Below are positions 49,553 to 59,764 of a DNA stretch of 64,000 nucleotides, piece by piece. The notes below the pieces were generated by a model. It was not told where the DNA came from and made no database searches. It was given only the letters and a program-made list of their open reading frames with translations. The position numbers and the translations under genes were made by a program. Every line of letters begins with the position of its first letter. Positions within the stretch are counted from its first letter, which is position 1. Source of the stretch: Reyranella massiliensis 521 (GTDB lineage Bacteria; Pseudomonadota; Alphaproteobacteria; Reyranellales; Reyranellaceae); assembly GCA_945862125.1 (NCBI GenBank), contig CAMAYC010000004.1:8691-72690 (forward strand), written 5' to 3'.

Positions 49553-50695
49553 ATGGAACCGCTGCCCTCTTCCGTCCTTCCCGCCGGCGTGCGCAGCCGC
49601 ATCCTGCCCGGCATCAACGGCCTCGACATCCACGTGCTCGAATCGGGCTTCGAACAGAAAGGCCGTCCCGCGGTGCTGCTGCTGCACGGCTTTCCCGAGA
49701 TTGCCTACAGCTGGCGCAAGCAGCTGCCGGCGCTGGCCGCCGCCGGCTACCACGCCATCGCACCGGACCAGCGCGGCTATGGCCGTACCACCGGGTGGAG
49801 CGCCGACTACGACGCCGACCTCTCGCCCTTCCGTTTCATGGGACTGCTGCGCGAGGCGATCGGGGTGCTCTTCGCGCTCGGTCATCGCACCGCCGAGGCG
49901 GTGGTCGGCCACGATTTCGGCGCCGCCGCCGCCTCGTTCCACGCACTGGTGCGGCCCGACATCTTCAAGCGCATGGTGCTGATGAGCGCGCCGTTCGGCG
50001 GCCCGCCCGCCGTGCCGTTCGACACCGCGGACAAACCCGCTGCCCCGACGCCCGCCGACTTCCACGCCGCGCTGGCCGCCCTGCCGCGTCCGCGCAAGCA
50101 TTACCAGTGGTACCAGTCGACGCGCGAGGCCAACGCCAACCAGTGGCAGGCCAAGCAGGGCGTGCACGACTTCCTGCGCGCCTACTACCATCACAAGAGC
50201 GCCGACTGGAAAGCGAACAAGCCCTACGAATTGAAGGGCTGGATCGCCGAGGAACTGGCCAAGATGCCGACCTACTACATCATGGATCTCGCCGAAGGCA
50301 TGGCCGAGACGGTGGCCAAGGAGATGCCGAGTGCGGCCGAGATCGCGGCCAACAAGTGGCTGACCGAGGCCGAGCTGAAGGTCTATAGCGGCGAGTACCA
50401 GCGCAACGGCTTCCAGGGCGGGCTCAACTGGTATCGCGTCCGCACCACCGGCCTGATCGAGCGCGAATATGCCGCCTTCACCGGCCGCACCATCGACCAG
50501 CCCTCGACCTTCATTTCGGGCGCCAGCGACTGGGGCAACTACCAGTCGCCCGGCGCGCTCGAGCGGATGCAGAAGAGCGCCTGCACCGACATGAAGGAAA
50601 TCCACCTGATTCCCGGTGCCGGCCACTGGGTGCAGCAGGAGCAGCCGGACGAGGTCAATCGCCTGCTGATCGATTTCCTGCGCAAGACAGGTTAG
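49553..50695 (+). CDS. Alpha/beta hydrolase, epoxide hydrolase-like
   Basis: HGFPEIAYSWRKQ (HGxP), Asp nucleophile elbow GHDFGA, and C-terminal GAGHWVQQEQPDEV. Confidence 0.8.
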   Translation: MEPLPSSVLPAGVRSRILPGINGLDIHVLESGFEQKGRPAVLLLHGFPEIAYSWRKQLPALAAAGYHAIAPDQRGYGRTTGWSADYDADLSPFRFMGLLREAIGVLFALGHRTAEAVVGHDFGAAAASFHALVRPDIFKRMVLMSAPFGGPPAVPFDTADKPAAPTPADFHAALAALPRPRKHYQWYQSTREANANQWQAKQGVHDFLRAYYHHKSADWKANKPYELKGWIAEELAKMPTYYIMDLAEGMAETVAKEMPSAAEIAANKWLTEAELKVYSGEYQRNGFQGGLNWYRVRTTGLIEREYAAFTGRTIDQPSTFISGASDWGNYQSPGALERMQKSACTDMKEIHLIPGAGHWVQQEQPDEVNRLLIDFLRKTG

Positions 50696-51420
50696 GCGCC
50701 CAGCGCGTCCGCCAGAGTCACGAAGCTGTCGGCATAGCAGTCGAACCACGGCTCGGGCGCGATGTCCGGCTTGGCACCGGGGCCGAACTCCAGCGGGCGC
50801 GCCACGAACGCCGTGCGCATCCCGAAAGCGCGGGCTGCCTTCAGGTCGTACTTGTGGCAGGCCACCATCATGATCTCGTCGGGCCGGTAGCCGAGATAGT
50901 CGACCGCGAGCTGGTAGACGGCGGGCGCGGGCTTGTAGCTTCGTGCAAGCTCCGCCGTCAGCACCGCGTCGAACGGCAGGCCGGCGTGCTTGACCACCGC
51001 GACCATCGCCCTCATGCCGGCGTTGGAAAGCGTCGAGACAACGAAACGCCGGCGCAACCGTGCGAGTCCTTCCACGGTGTCCGGCCAGGCATCGAGCCGG
51101 CTCCAGATCCCGTTCAGCTCATCGCGCTCGGCAGTCGTAAAGGTCGCCGACAGGCCGTGCTTCTCAAGCAACGCATCCAGGGTTTCACGGTAGATGCGAT
51201 CGACCCTGAGCCATGGCCGCTCGCCCGCGATGATCTGGTCGAGCACCGCGCGATAGAGCCCGCGCCAGTCGGCGGACAGCGCGCCCCAGTCGATCCGCAG
51301 GCCCTTGGCGCGGTTCACCGCCTCGCCCATGCGCAGGAGAGGCTGGCAGAAATCGACGCAAGTGCCCTGAACATCGAATGTGAGCGCCCGGACGTTCTCC
51401 AGTGATGCCGCCTGCGCCAT
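50692..51420 (-). CDS. Haloacid dehalogenase type II-like HAD hydrolase
   Basis: Motif I FDVQGTCVD (DxxGT), STLSNAG, SYKPAPAVY. ATG 51420. ATG 51438 is an alternative start. Confidence 0.75.
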   Translation of the reverse strand: MAQAASLENVRALTFDVQGTCVDFCQPLLRMGEAVNRAKGLRIDWGALSADWRGLYRAVLDQIIAGERPWLRVDRIYRETLDALLEKHGLSATFTTAERDELNGIWSRLDAWPDTVEGLARLRRRFVVSTLSNAGMRAMVAVVKHAGLPFDAVLTAELARSYKPAPAVYQLAVDYLGYRPDEIMMVACHKYDLKAARAFGMRTAFVARPLEFGPGAKPDIAPEPWFDCYADSFVTLADALGA

Positions 51421-51505
51421 GTCCTCGCTCGTTCCCATTTGCCCGGTCGAGCATCGCCTGCGAATTCGGCTGGCGTCAAACCGCTGCCACACGATACCGT
51501 GCCTG

Positions 51506-53029
51506 ATGACCGACGCCACTCATGGTCCCCTGTCGATCGGGGCGCTTCGCGCAGCCGTGGTCGAAGGGCGCGAGCCGCCACCGCTGCAAGCCATCGCCCG
51601 ACTTGCCTCCTACCGCTGGTTCGTCGTCGGAACGGTGTGCATCGGCTCGTTCATGGGGCAGGTCGATGCCAGCATGACGCAGGTGCTTCTGCCGAGGCTC
51701 GAGCTCGAGTTCGCCGCCCGCCTCAGCAGCGTGAGCTGGGTCGCGGTCGCCTACCTGCTGGCAATGGCCTCGTTCACGCCGATCTTTGGTCGCCTTGCCG
51801 ACATGGTCGGCCGCAAGCTGCTGTACGCCGGCGGCTTCCTCCTCTTCATCATCGGGTCGGGCCTGTGCGGCTTCGCCACCGACCTCACGATGCTGATCTT
51901 CTTTCGCATCCTGCAGAGCATTGGCGCCGCGCTGCTGACCTCGAACAGCATCGCCATCATCGTCATGGCCACCGGCCCGAAGGAACACGGGCGTGGCCTC
52001 GGCCTGCAATCGGCCGCCCAGGCGATCGGGCTCGGCGTCGGACCGGCGGTCGGCGGCTTGATCCTGGACACGCTCGGCTGGCACTGGGCTTTCTGGATCA
52101 ATGTTCCGTTCGGACTGGTGGGCCTTGTTCTCGGCTGGCTCGTCATTCCCCAGACCACGAAGGTGCCTGATACCGGCCGCTTCGACTGGCAAGGCGCGCT
52201 CCTGATCGTGCCGGCGCTGACGGCGGTCGTGGCGGTGCTGAACCAGGGACATGCCTGGGGGTTCACGTCGCCAGCCCTGCTCAGCTGCCTGCTGTTCGGC
52301 ATCGTCTTCCTCGCCCTGTTCTTTCGCGCCGAGCGGCGCGCGACCGCGCCGCTGCTCGACCTTCATCTCCTGGGCAAGGGCAGCTTTCTTCTCGGCAACG
52401 CGTCCAATTTCCTGTCGTACGCCACTTTGTTCGGGGTGTTCTTCCTCATCCCCTTCGTCCTCGTGCGCATCTACCACGATACCGCGCTGGCGGCGGGGCT
52501 GCGGCTGTCGATCCTGCCCGTGATGCTGGGACTTCTCGCGCCCGTTGGCGGGGCGCTTTTTGACCGCTTCGGCGCCCGGGCGCCCACCTGTTGCGGCATG
52601 CTGATCTGCATCGCCGCTCTTGCCCTCTTTTACTTCTTTCTCGATGGCACGGCCGGCAACCTGCCGCTGGTCACGCTGGCATTGGCCATCTTCGGCGTGG
52701 GACAGGGCCTGTTCATCTCCCCGAACACCAGTTCGATCATGGCGGCTGCGCCGCCCGAGCAAACCGGCCAGGCGGGAAGCGTGCTGAACGTGGTGCGCCT
52801 GATCGGGATGAGCACCGGCATCGCCGGCGCCTCGACGCTTTTTGCGCTGGGCCTCGGCGGCGCCGCGGGCACCACACTGAATGTTCCGACAGCGTCGCTC
52901 GTGGCGGCGAGCCGCGATGTCATCCTGTTGCTGGGCTGCCTGGCCGCCCTGGCAGCCCTGATATCGCTGATACGTCCCGGGCATCGCAAGGCGCACAGGG
53001 CAGACCTCGCCCGTCACATGACCGCGTAG
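51506..53029 (+). CDS. MFS transporter, DHA2 (EmrB/QacA, 14-TM) type
   Basis: ATG 51506. Motif GRLADMVGRKLLY and about 14 TM segments. The upstream part of the listed ORF overlaps the divergent HAD gene. Confidence 0.85.
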   Translation: MTDATHGPLSIGALRAAVVEGREPPPLQAIARLASYRWFVVGTVCIGSFMGQVDASMTQVLLPRLELEFAARLSSVSWVAVAYLLAMASFTPIFGRLADMVGRKLLYAGGFLLFIIGSGLCGFATDLTMLIFFRILQSIGAALLTSNSIAIIVMATGPKEHGRGLGLQSAAQAIGLGVGPAVGGLILDTLGWHWAFWINVPFGLVGLVLGWLVIPQTTKVPDTGRFDWQGALLIVPALTAVVAVLNQGHAWGFTSPALLSCLLFGIVFLALFFRAERRATAPLLDLHLLGKGSFLLGNASNFLSYATLFGVFFLIPFVLVRIYHDTALAAGLRLSILPVMLGLLAPVGGALFDRFGARAPTCCGMLICIAALALFYFFLDGTAGNLPLVTLALAIFGVGQGLFISPNTSSIMAAAPPEQTGQAGSVLNVVRLIGMSTGIAGASTLFALGLGGAAGTTLNVPTASLVAASRDVILLLGCLAALAALISLIRPGHRKAHRADLARHMTA

Positions 53030-53577
53030 CCGGTCGTGATCGCGAGCGCGGCGGCGAAGGCGAGATTGACGCGCCGCGACCACACCGGATCGTGGAAGAC
53101 CCGCGCGAAAGCTGCTCCTGCCAGAAGCCAGACCACGTGGATCAGCACGATCATCGCGGCCAGCACCAGGATCTTCAGCACCGGACCCAGCATCGACGCC
53201 GCGAACACCGCCGCGATCGCCACATAGGCCTTGGGATTGGCGACCGCCAGCAGCACGCCGCCCAGGAACGACGGCGCCACCACCGTTTCGTCGCGCGTCG
53301 ACAGCGGCGGCGCGGTGGCGATCCTGTAGGCGAGATAGAGGATGTAGACGGCCGACGCCGCGAGCAGCACCGGCGCGAGTTGCGGCACCGCCAGCAGGAC
53401 GGAGACGACCCCCGCCGCCACGGCCAGCAGCACCGCAACCGTGCCCGCGACCAGCCCCGACAGATAGGCGAGCGACCGGCGCAAGCCGAACGCCGCACCG
53501 ACCGCCGTCACGCTGATCGTCGACGGTCCCGGACTGCCCATGACGAGGAGAGAGGCCACGATCAGCGACAGCAACAT
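53014..53577 (-). CDS. LysE family amino-acid/metabolite translocator
   Basis: N-terminal ...GSPGPSTISV, NPKAYV, about 6 TM segments. Confidence 0.8.
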   Translation of the reverse strand: MLLSLIVASLLVMGSPGPSTISVTAVGAAFGLRRSLAYLSGLVAGTVAVLLAVAAGVVSVLLAVPQLAPVLLAASAVYILYLAYRIATAPPLSTRDETVVAPSFLGGVLLAVANPKAYVAIAAVFAASMLGPVLKILVLAAMIVLIHVVWLLAGAAFARVFHDPVWSRRVNLAFAAALAITTGYAVM

Positions 53578-53630
53578 GAATGAACGCTATCGCCGCCCGG
53601 CGACCGCCGTCTTGAACGTTCGTGCGACTG

Positions 53631-54416
53631 CTAGTTCAGGACCCTGGCGAAGAAAGCCCTGGTCCGAGCCTCGGCGTCGGGCGCGCCGACGGAATCGTAG
53701 ACCAGCCGGTGCGTCTTGCCGCCCGCGCCGGGCACGGTGCGGTCGGGCGCCTTGCTGTCGAAGCTGTGATAGGCGTCAGGATAATAGACCGCCTCGACGA
53801 GCGCCGGCTTGGCAAGGCCCGCGACCATCTGCCGGCACCGATCGGCCGGGGTCCAGTCGTCCTTGTCGCCGGCCAGCAGCAGGACCGGCAGGTCGATGCC
53901 GGTGTCGAACTGCGGATTGCAGCCGGGATAGTAGGCGACACCGCCGGCGAGTCCGCGCTTGGCGAGGTCGAAGCTCTTCTGCGCCGCGCGGATGACGGTC
54001 GATCCGCCGTGACTGTGGCCGATGATGCCGACCCTGCCCTTGATCACGTCGGGACGGGTGGCGAGATAGTCGAGCGCTCCGGCGATGTCGGAGATGCGCA
54101 TGTTGGGCGTCACCGTGCGCGGCGTGGTGCACACAGCCTTGGTGCCGCGCGGGCCGAACGAGTCGGGCGCCAGCACGAGATAGCCCCAGCTCACCAACAG
54201 CTTGCCCCAGATATCGGTATGCGGGCTGGTCCCTGCGCAGGAGTGCGCCAGGATGATGGCGCGGAAGGGCCCCGGGCCGGCCGGTTTGTAGACCCAGCCC
54301 TTGATCTCTGGACCGGCCTCCGCGCTGCCGACGGCAATGCTGGGAAAGCTGACGGTCTGCGCCGAGGCGCTGCCGGCAAACAGCACGAGGAAGACGATCG
54401 CGAGCGTGCGGAGCAT
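53631..54416 (-). CDS. Secreted dienelactone hydrolase family protein
   Basis: Signal peptide ...AGSASA. Nucleophile elbow GHSHGG. DKDDWTP...YHSFD. Confidence 0.8.
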   Translation of the reverse strand: MLRTLAIVFLVLFAGSASAQTVSFPSIAVGSAEAGPEIKGWVYKPAGPGPFRAIILAHSCAGTSPHTDIWGKLLVSWGYLVLAPDSFGPRGTKAVCTTPRTVTPNMRISDIAGALDYLATRPDVIKGRVGIIGHSHGGSTVIRAAQKSFDLAKRGLAGGVAYYPGCNPQFDTGIDLPVLLLAGDKDDWTPADRCRQMVAGLAKPALVEAVYYPDAYHSFDSKAPDRTVPGAGGKTHRLVYDSVGAPDAEARTRAFFARVLN

Positions 54417-54461
54417 GAGCGATCCTAGTCCAGTAGGTGGAATACGCCCATCGCTCGCTGT

Positions 54462-55427
54462 TCACTCCGGCTGAATGCCGGCTTCCTTGGCGATCTCACG
54501 CCAGGTCACCAGTTCCCGGCTGACGCGCTTGGCGAACGAGTCCGGCGTCTCGCCGCCCGGCAGGCTGGCGAGGTCGCGGATCTTGGCCTGCATTTCGGGC
54601 TCGGCCAGCACCGCCACCACGTCGTCGCGCATCTTCTGCGCCAGCTGCGGCGACATCTTGCCCGGGCCGAACAGCGAAAACCACGCCGACTGGTCGATCG
54701 GCACGCCGGCCTCCGACATGGTCGGGATGTCGTCGAGGCCCGGCAGGCGCTTGCTGCTGCTGACCGCCAGCATGCGCAAGGTGCCGGCACGATGCTGCGA
54801 CATCGCCGTGAGCGGACTGGTGAAGCCGACCGGAATGTGGCCGCCGACAAGCTCCTGCATCATCGGGGCCGCGCCCTTGTAGGCAACGTTCTCGATTTTC
54901 AGCCCGCTCTTCAACCGGAACAGCTCACCCACCATGCGCGTCGTGTTCTCGGTGCTGCCGAATGTGTACTTGCCCGGATTAGCGCGCGCCGCCGTCATGA
55001 ACTTTTCCATCGTATCCATGCCCGCCTTGGGCGAACCGACCAGCGCGATGGCGCCCTCGATCAGCGGCGTGACCGCCGTAAAATCGCGTTCGGTGTCGTA
55101 GGGCAGCGTCTTGGTCGTGAATGGATTGATCGTATGCGCGCTGGTCATGATCAGCAGCGTGTAACCGTCGGGCGGCGCCTTGGCGACGATCTCGCTGCCC
55201 AGGATGCCGCTCGCGCCGCCCTTGTTGTCGATAATGACCGTCTGCTTCCAGCGCTCCGCCAGCCGCGGCACGATCAGCCGCGCCACCAGGTCGGTGCCGC
55301 CGCCGGCCGGATAGGGCACGACGACCCGCACCTGCTTCGTCGGATAGTCCTGCGCCCGGGCGATCGCCGGCGCCAGCCCCAGCCCCGCGGCCGCCACGAT
55401 GAACCCGCGGCGCTTCATGCCTGTCAT
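54462..55427 (-). CDS. Bug/TctC family tripartite tricarboxylate transporter substrate-binding protein
   Basis: Tat-like signal MKRRGFIVAAAGLGLAPAIARA. Hallmark VVPYPAGGGTDLVARL and NKGGASG. Confidence 0.9.
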   Translation of the reverse strand: MTGMKRRGFIVAAAGLGLAPAIARAQDYPTKQVRVVVPYPAGGGTDLVARLIVPRLAERWKQTVIIDNKGGASGILGSEIVAKAPPDGYTLLIMTSAHTINPFTTKTLPYDTERDFTAVTPLIEGAIALVGSPKAGMDTMEKFMTAARANPGKYTFGSTENTTRMVGELFRLKSGLKIENVAYKGAAPMMQELVGGHIPVGFTSPLTAMSQHRAGTLRMLAVSSSKRLPGLDDIPTMSEAGVPIDQSAWFSLFGPGKMSPQLAQKMRDDVVAVLAEPEMQAKIRDLASLPGGETPDSFAKRVSRELVTWREIAKEAGIQPE

Positions 55428-55487
55428 GCAATCCTCCCGTTCCTTTTTGTTGCCGAGAGATTAGGGTTACCGGAGGAGGAAACCAAG

Positions 55488-57173
55488 ATGTTCGATCTCG
55501 TGATCAAGGACGCGGAAATATTCGACGGCGCCGGCTCCGCGCCGGTGCGGGGCGACCTCGGCGTGACGGCAGGCAAGATCACTGCGGTCGGCGGTAAGCT
55601 CGGCGCTGCGAAGGAAACGCTCAATGCGCGCGGCCTCGCGCTCGCGCCCGGCATCATCGACGGCCACACCCATTACGATGCGCAGATCACCTGGGATCCG
55701 TTCGTCGATCCCTCGCCGGCGCTGGGCGTCACGACCGCCATCCTGGGCAATTGCGGCTTTACCATCGCGCCCTGCAAGCCGCAGGACCGCGACCTCACGA
55801 TGCGCCACCTGACCCACGTCGAGGGCATGTCGCTCGACGCGCTGCGCGCCGGCATCCGCTGGGAGTTCGAGAGCTTCCCGCAGTATCTCGACATGCTGAC
55901 CAGGCTCGGCGTCGGTCCCAACGTCGCCTGCTTCTCCGGCCATTCCTCCGTCCGCACCTGGGTGATGGGCGAGGAAGCCACCGAACGCACCGCCACCGAC
56001 GATGAAGTGGCGAGGATGGTGACGCTTGTGCGCGAGGCGATGGCGGCGGGTGCGGTCGGCTTCGCCTCCTCGACCGCCGAGGCACACAACGGCGAGGGCG
56101 GCACACCGATGCCGTCGCGCCTGGCCGACGACCGCGAACTGCGCGCCCTGGTGCGCGCCATGGGCGACAGCGGCCGCGGTGTCTACATGCTGACCAAGGG
56201 CAGCAAGACCTCGATCCCCTATCTCGAGGAGCTGGCAGTCGAAGCGCGCCGCCCCGTCGTGATCGCGGCCCTCTTCCATTCCAACACCAATCCGACGGCG
56301 GCCTTCACCTGGCTCGACCAGGTGAACGCGGCCCGCTCCCGCGGACATCAGCTGGTGGCGCAGACCTCGTGCTGCCCGCTCAGCATGGATTTCACTTTCA
56401 AGAGCCCCTACCTGTTCGAGAGCATGGAGGCGTGGAAGCCCGCGATGGCTGCCCACGATGCCGAGGCCCTGAAGAAGGTCTACCGCGACCCGTCATGGCG
56501 CGCGGCAGTCAAGCGCGAGATCGAGGCGTCGCGCGGCCGGCTGGTGTTCAACGGCGAATGGGACAAGCTCTTCGTCGTGGAAACCGCCAAGGCGGAGAAC
56601 CGTACGCTGGAAGGCGCCACGCTGGCCCAGCTCGCCGGGGCCGCCCACAAGGAGCCGCTCGACTTCATCCTCGACTTCGCGCTGTCGGAGAACCTCGACA
56701 CCCAGTTCGTGGCCCAGCTCCTGCACAACGACGAAAAGGCCGTGGGGAAAATCCTCGCCGACCCCAACACCCACATCTCCTTGAGCGACGCTGGCGCCCA
56801 TCTCACCTTCTTCTGCGACGCCGGCTTCGGCCTGCACCTGATGGGCCACTGGAGCCGCGACCTCGGCGTGCTCGACCTGCCGCAGGCCGTGCATCGCCTC
56901 ACGGGTCAGCCGGCCAAGCTGTTTGGCCTCAACGGCCGCGGCCTGCTGCGCGAAGGCTGCGCCGCCGACCTGATGCTGTTCGATCCCGCGACGGTGGCGC
57001 GCGGTCCCAAGCGCCGCGCCCACGATCTCCCCTCGGGTGCCGCCCGCCTCACCACCTCGGCCGTCGGCCTGCATGGCGTCTGGATCAACGGCACCAAGAC
57101 CGCCGATGAGAAAGGCTTCTGCATCGAGCGGAGCGCGCGGCCGGGCGAAGTGCTGCGGAGTTTCGCTGCATAG
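55488..57173 (+). CDS. N-acyl-D-amino-acid deacylase (D-aminoacylase) family amidohydrolase
   Basis: ATG 55488 follows GGAGGAGGA. DLVIKDAEIFDGAG..., GIIDGHTHYD, SDAGAH. The upstream 232 codons of the listed ORF are antisense to the Bug gene. Confidence 0.85.
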   Translation: MFDLVIKDAEIFDGAGSAPVRGDLGVTAGKITAVGGKLGAAKETLNARGLALAPGIIDGHTHYDAQITWDPFVDPSPALGVTTAILGNCGFTIAPCKPQDRDLTMRHLTHVEGMSLDALRAGIRWEFESFPQYLDMLTRLGVGPNVACFSGHSSVRTWVMGEEATERTATDDEVARMVTLVREAMAAGAVGFASSTAEAHNGEGGTPMPSRLADDRELRALVRAMGDSGRGVYMLTKGSKTSIPYLEELAVEARRPVVIAALFHSNTNPTAAFTWLDQVNAARSRGHQLVAQTSCCPLSMDFTFKSPYLFESMEAWKPAMAAHDAEALKKVYRDPSWRAAVKREIEASRGRLVFNGEWDKLFVVETAKAENRTLEGATLAQLAGAAHKEPLDFILDFALSENLDTQFVAQLLHNDEKAVGKILADPNTHISLSDAGAHLTFFCDAGFGLHLMGHWSRDLGVLDLPQAVHRLTGQPAKLFGLNGRGLLREGCAADLMLFDPATVARGPKRRAHDLPSGAARLTTSAVGLHGVWINGTKTADEKGFCIERSARPGEVLRSFAA

Positions 57174-57253
57174 CCTGTCCGATTTCAACTGGAAGTTGTT
57201 GGCCTCCCGGGAGTCTGCGTCTTATAGTCGGGCAAAACGCTGCCAGGGTGGCC

Positions 57254-58306
57254 ATGTCATATCGTCTTCTGCCTCTCGTTGCCGCGACGGCGCTCGCTGG
57301 CTGCGCGGTCACCGCGGACGTTTACGGCGTCGTCGGCGACCGGGATGACCTCTACACCGGCACGGCCACCGGCTATGTCAGTCGCACCGGCACGATCGAG
57401 CTCAAGAACGTCAAGGGAAACCGCTGCTCCGGTGACTTCGCCTACTATCCCGGCGTTCTGGAAGGGCGCGGAACCATCGGCTGCGACGACGGCCAGCGCG
57501 CCACCATCCACTTCACGGGCCTGTCGGCGGTCAGTGGCTACGGCGTGGGCACCACCAGCAACGGCAGCCCCGTGGCCTTCACTTATGGGCTGGATCGCCT
57601 CCAAAGCGCACGCTATCTCGGCGTCAGTGTCGCGATGATAGCTCCCGCGCCGTCCGGGGCATCACAAGGCACGGCCCCTGCAGCCGCGGCGAGGCGCGCC
57701 AGCACAGGGACGGGTTTCTACATCAACCGGCAGGGCCATGTGCTCACCAATGCCCACGTCGTCGACAAGTGCCGTGAACTCGCGATCTCCCGGCAAGGCG
57801 CGGCGCCCATTCCGGCAAGCGTCGTGAAGTCGGATGGCTCGAACGATCTCGCCGTCCTCATCGCCGCCCCCTCGCCCGCGGTCGCGACTTTTCGCGGCGG
57901 ACGGCCGGTGCGTGCCGGCGAGGCCGTCGTGGCCTACGGTTTTCCGCTGACCGGGACGCTGTCCTCCGGCGGCGTGGTGACGAATGGCAGCATCAGCGCC
58001 TTGTCCGGTCTGCGCGACGACTCGCGCTATCTGCAGATTTCTGCGCCGATCCAGGCCGGCAACAGCGGCGGCCCTCTGCTCGACACCAACGGCAGCGTCG
58101 TGGGCGTCATCACCGCATCGCTCGGCTCGCGCAGCCGCGATGTGCCGCAGAACGTCAACTTCGCGCTCAAGACGGATGTCGCCCGGACCTTCCTCGACTC
58201 CGCCGGCGTGCCCATTGAGACTTCCAGCGGCGGCCGCGACCTCAGCGTCGCCGACATCGGCGAAAAGGCGCGTGCTTTCTCCGTCCTCATCGACTGCAAG
58301 CGCTGA
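57254..58306 (+). CDS. Lipoprotein S1 (trypsin-like, DegP-type catalytic domain, no PDZ) serine protease with an unassigned N-terminal domain
   Basis: Lipobox ATALAGC. Catalytic contexts TNAHVV (His), NDLAVL (Asp) and GNSGGPL (Ser). ATG 57254. GTG 57248 is an alternative start. Confidence 0.8.
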   Translation: MSYRLLPLVAATALAGCAVTADVYGVVGDRDDLYTGTATGYVSRTGTIELKNVKGNRCSGDFAYYPGVLEGRGTIGCDDGQRATIHFTGLSAVSGYGVGTTSNGSPVAFTYGLDRLQSARYLGVSVAMIAPAPSGASQGTAPAAAARRASTGTGFYINRQGHVLTNAHVVDKCRELAISRQGAAPIPASVVKSDGSNDLAVLIAAPSPAVATFRGGRPVRAGEAVVAYGFPLTGTLSSGGVVTNGSISALSGLRDDSRYLQISAPIQAGNSGGPLLDTNGSVVGVITASLGSRSRDVPQNVNFALKTDVARTFLDSAGVPIETSSGGRDLSVADIGEKARAFSVLIDCKR

Positions 58307-58318
58307 CCGAAAAACGCG

Positions 58319-59419
58319 CTACGGCCAGCGCGTCACCTTGCGCGCGGCGACGCCCAGTGCGTTGTCGAGCTCGTTGCGCGCACTGCCCTCGGGCGGAACA
58401 CTGTCCATGTAGACGGCGATATTGACGTCGAGCGCGCTCCAGCGCACCGCGAAGGTCGCGTAGGCGATGTGGAGCGGCCCGTCGAAGGCGCCGGTCAGGT
58501 TGAAGCCCCAACTTCCCCAATGCCAGAAGTTGCCGCCGCCCTGTGTCGGCCGCACCAGCGTGCCGAGCCCGTAGTGGGCGCCGCCGCCGATCTGCTTGTT
58601 CTCCGGTGACATCATCCAGCGCCGCGCCGCCGGCCCGATCGCCTGGTTGTTCGCGGCGAAGGCCTGGTAGAAGCGGCCATAGTCGGCAAGCGGCATGCGC
58701 CAGCCGCCATAGCTCGACAGGATGCGCCACCGCGGGTCGAGCGCCGCGCCCTGGACGCCCAACGGCGCCAGCGTCGTGGTGCGGCAATAGCTTTCGTAGT
58801 CCTGGCCGCTCGCCTCCTCGACCACGGCGCCCAGCACCAGATAGGCCGCGTTGGTGTAGGCATAGCGTTCGCCCGGCGCCAGCGGCAGGCGACGGCGCAG
58901 CACCCACTTCAGCTGCTCGTCGATCGAAGGCCGCGTCGCGGTAGCGGTCCGCAGATAGGTGCCGAGCTGGCCGGTCACCGGATCGCCGCCCTCGGAGCGA
59001 TCGAAGCCGGCGCGATGGACCAGCAGCTGGCCGATCGTGATGCCGGGGAATCGCGGATCGGCCGGTGCGCCGAGGCGGGCGAAGGTGCGGGGCAGCGCCT
59101 GCGACAGCGGCGTGTCGAAGGAGAGCCGGCCGGGGTCGATCAGCCCCGCGACGCAGACGCCGGTCACCGCCTTGGACAGGCTGGCGAGCGGCACCGCGTT
59201 GCTTGTCGCCTCGCCGCCCATCACGGCCTGGTGCGCGAGCCGGCCCTGGTGCAAGACCGCGAGGCCGCCCGCGCCGCGGCCATTCATGGTCATCCAGCCG
59301 CGCCAGGCCGCCTCGATGTCGGCCACGGTCTGGGCGTGCGCCGGCAGGGAAGCGGCGGCCAGAAACGTGGCCAGCAACAGGGGCAAAATCAGGCCAGGCA
59401 AGCGGGTCGCAAAGCGCAT
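58319..59419 (-). CDS. Secreted serine hydrolase (class C beta-lactamase/PBP-like)
   Basis: Signal peptide ...SLPAHA. SxxK as ASLSK, and YxN as YTNAAY. Confidence 0.8.
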   Translation of the reverse strand: MRFATRLPGLILPLLLATFLAAASLPAHAQTVADIEAAWRGWMTMNGRGAGGLAVLHQGRLAHQAVMGGEATSNAVPLASLSKAVTGVCVAGLIDPGRLSFDTPLSQALPRTFARLGAPADPRFPGITIGQLLVHRAGFDRSEGGDPVTGQLGTYLRTATATRPSIDEQLKWVLRRRLPLAPGERYAYTNAAYLVLGAVVEEASGQDYESYCRTTTLAPLGVQGAALDPRWRILSSYGGWRMPLADYGRFYQAFAANNQAIGPAARRWMMSPENKQIGGGAHYGLGTLVRPTQGGGNFWHWGSWGFNLTGAFDGPLHIAYATFAVRWSALDVNIAVYMDSVPPEGSARNELDNALGVAARKVTRWP

Positions 59420-59475
59420 TGCAGAAAGGCTCCCGGGGCGGGTAAAAGCGGCTCCAACAGCAAGGATACACCGGC

Positions 59476-59724
59476 ATGGCCGTCCAGTACTTCGCCAAGG
59501 TCTCCGCGACCGACCACGAAAAGCTCCAGAAGCTTGTCAAACACTACCCCGCCTCCTCCTATGCCGACTGGCACCTGAAGGAAGCGGCGCGGATGGCGGA
59601 GTGGCGGGCCCGGCGGCACTCCATCCAGATGGTGCCGGTCACGCCGGAGGAATTCGCCGCCCATTGCGAGCGCACCGGCGAGCCGTGCGACATCATCACC
59701 TTCAAGGCCTTCATCTGCCGCTGA
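59476..59724 (+). CDS. Small hypothetical protein (82 aa)
   Basis: ATG follows AAGGA. Strong GC3 bias consistent with coding. I recognise no family. Confidence 0.55.
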   Translation: MAVQYFAKVSATDHEKLQKLVKHYPASSYADWHLKEAARMAEWRARRHSIQMVPVTPEEFAAHCERTGEPCDIITFKAFICR

Positions 59725-59764
59725 CGGCGACGCAACCTTGGCACGCCATGGCGGTTGAATCGCC

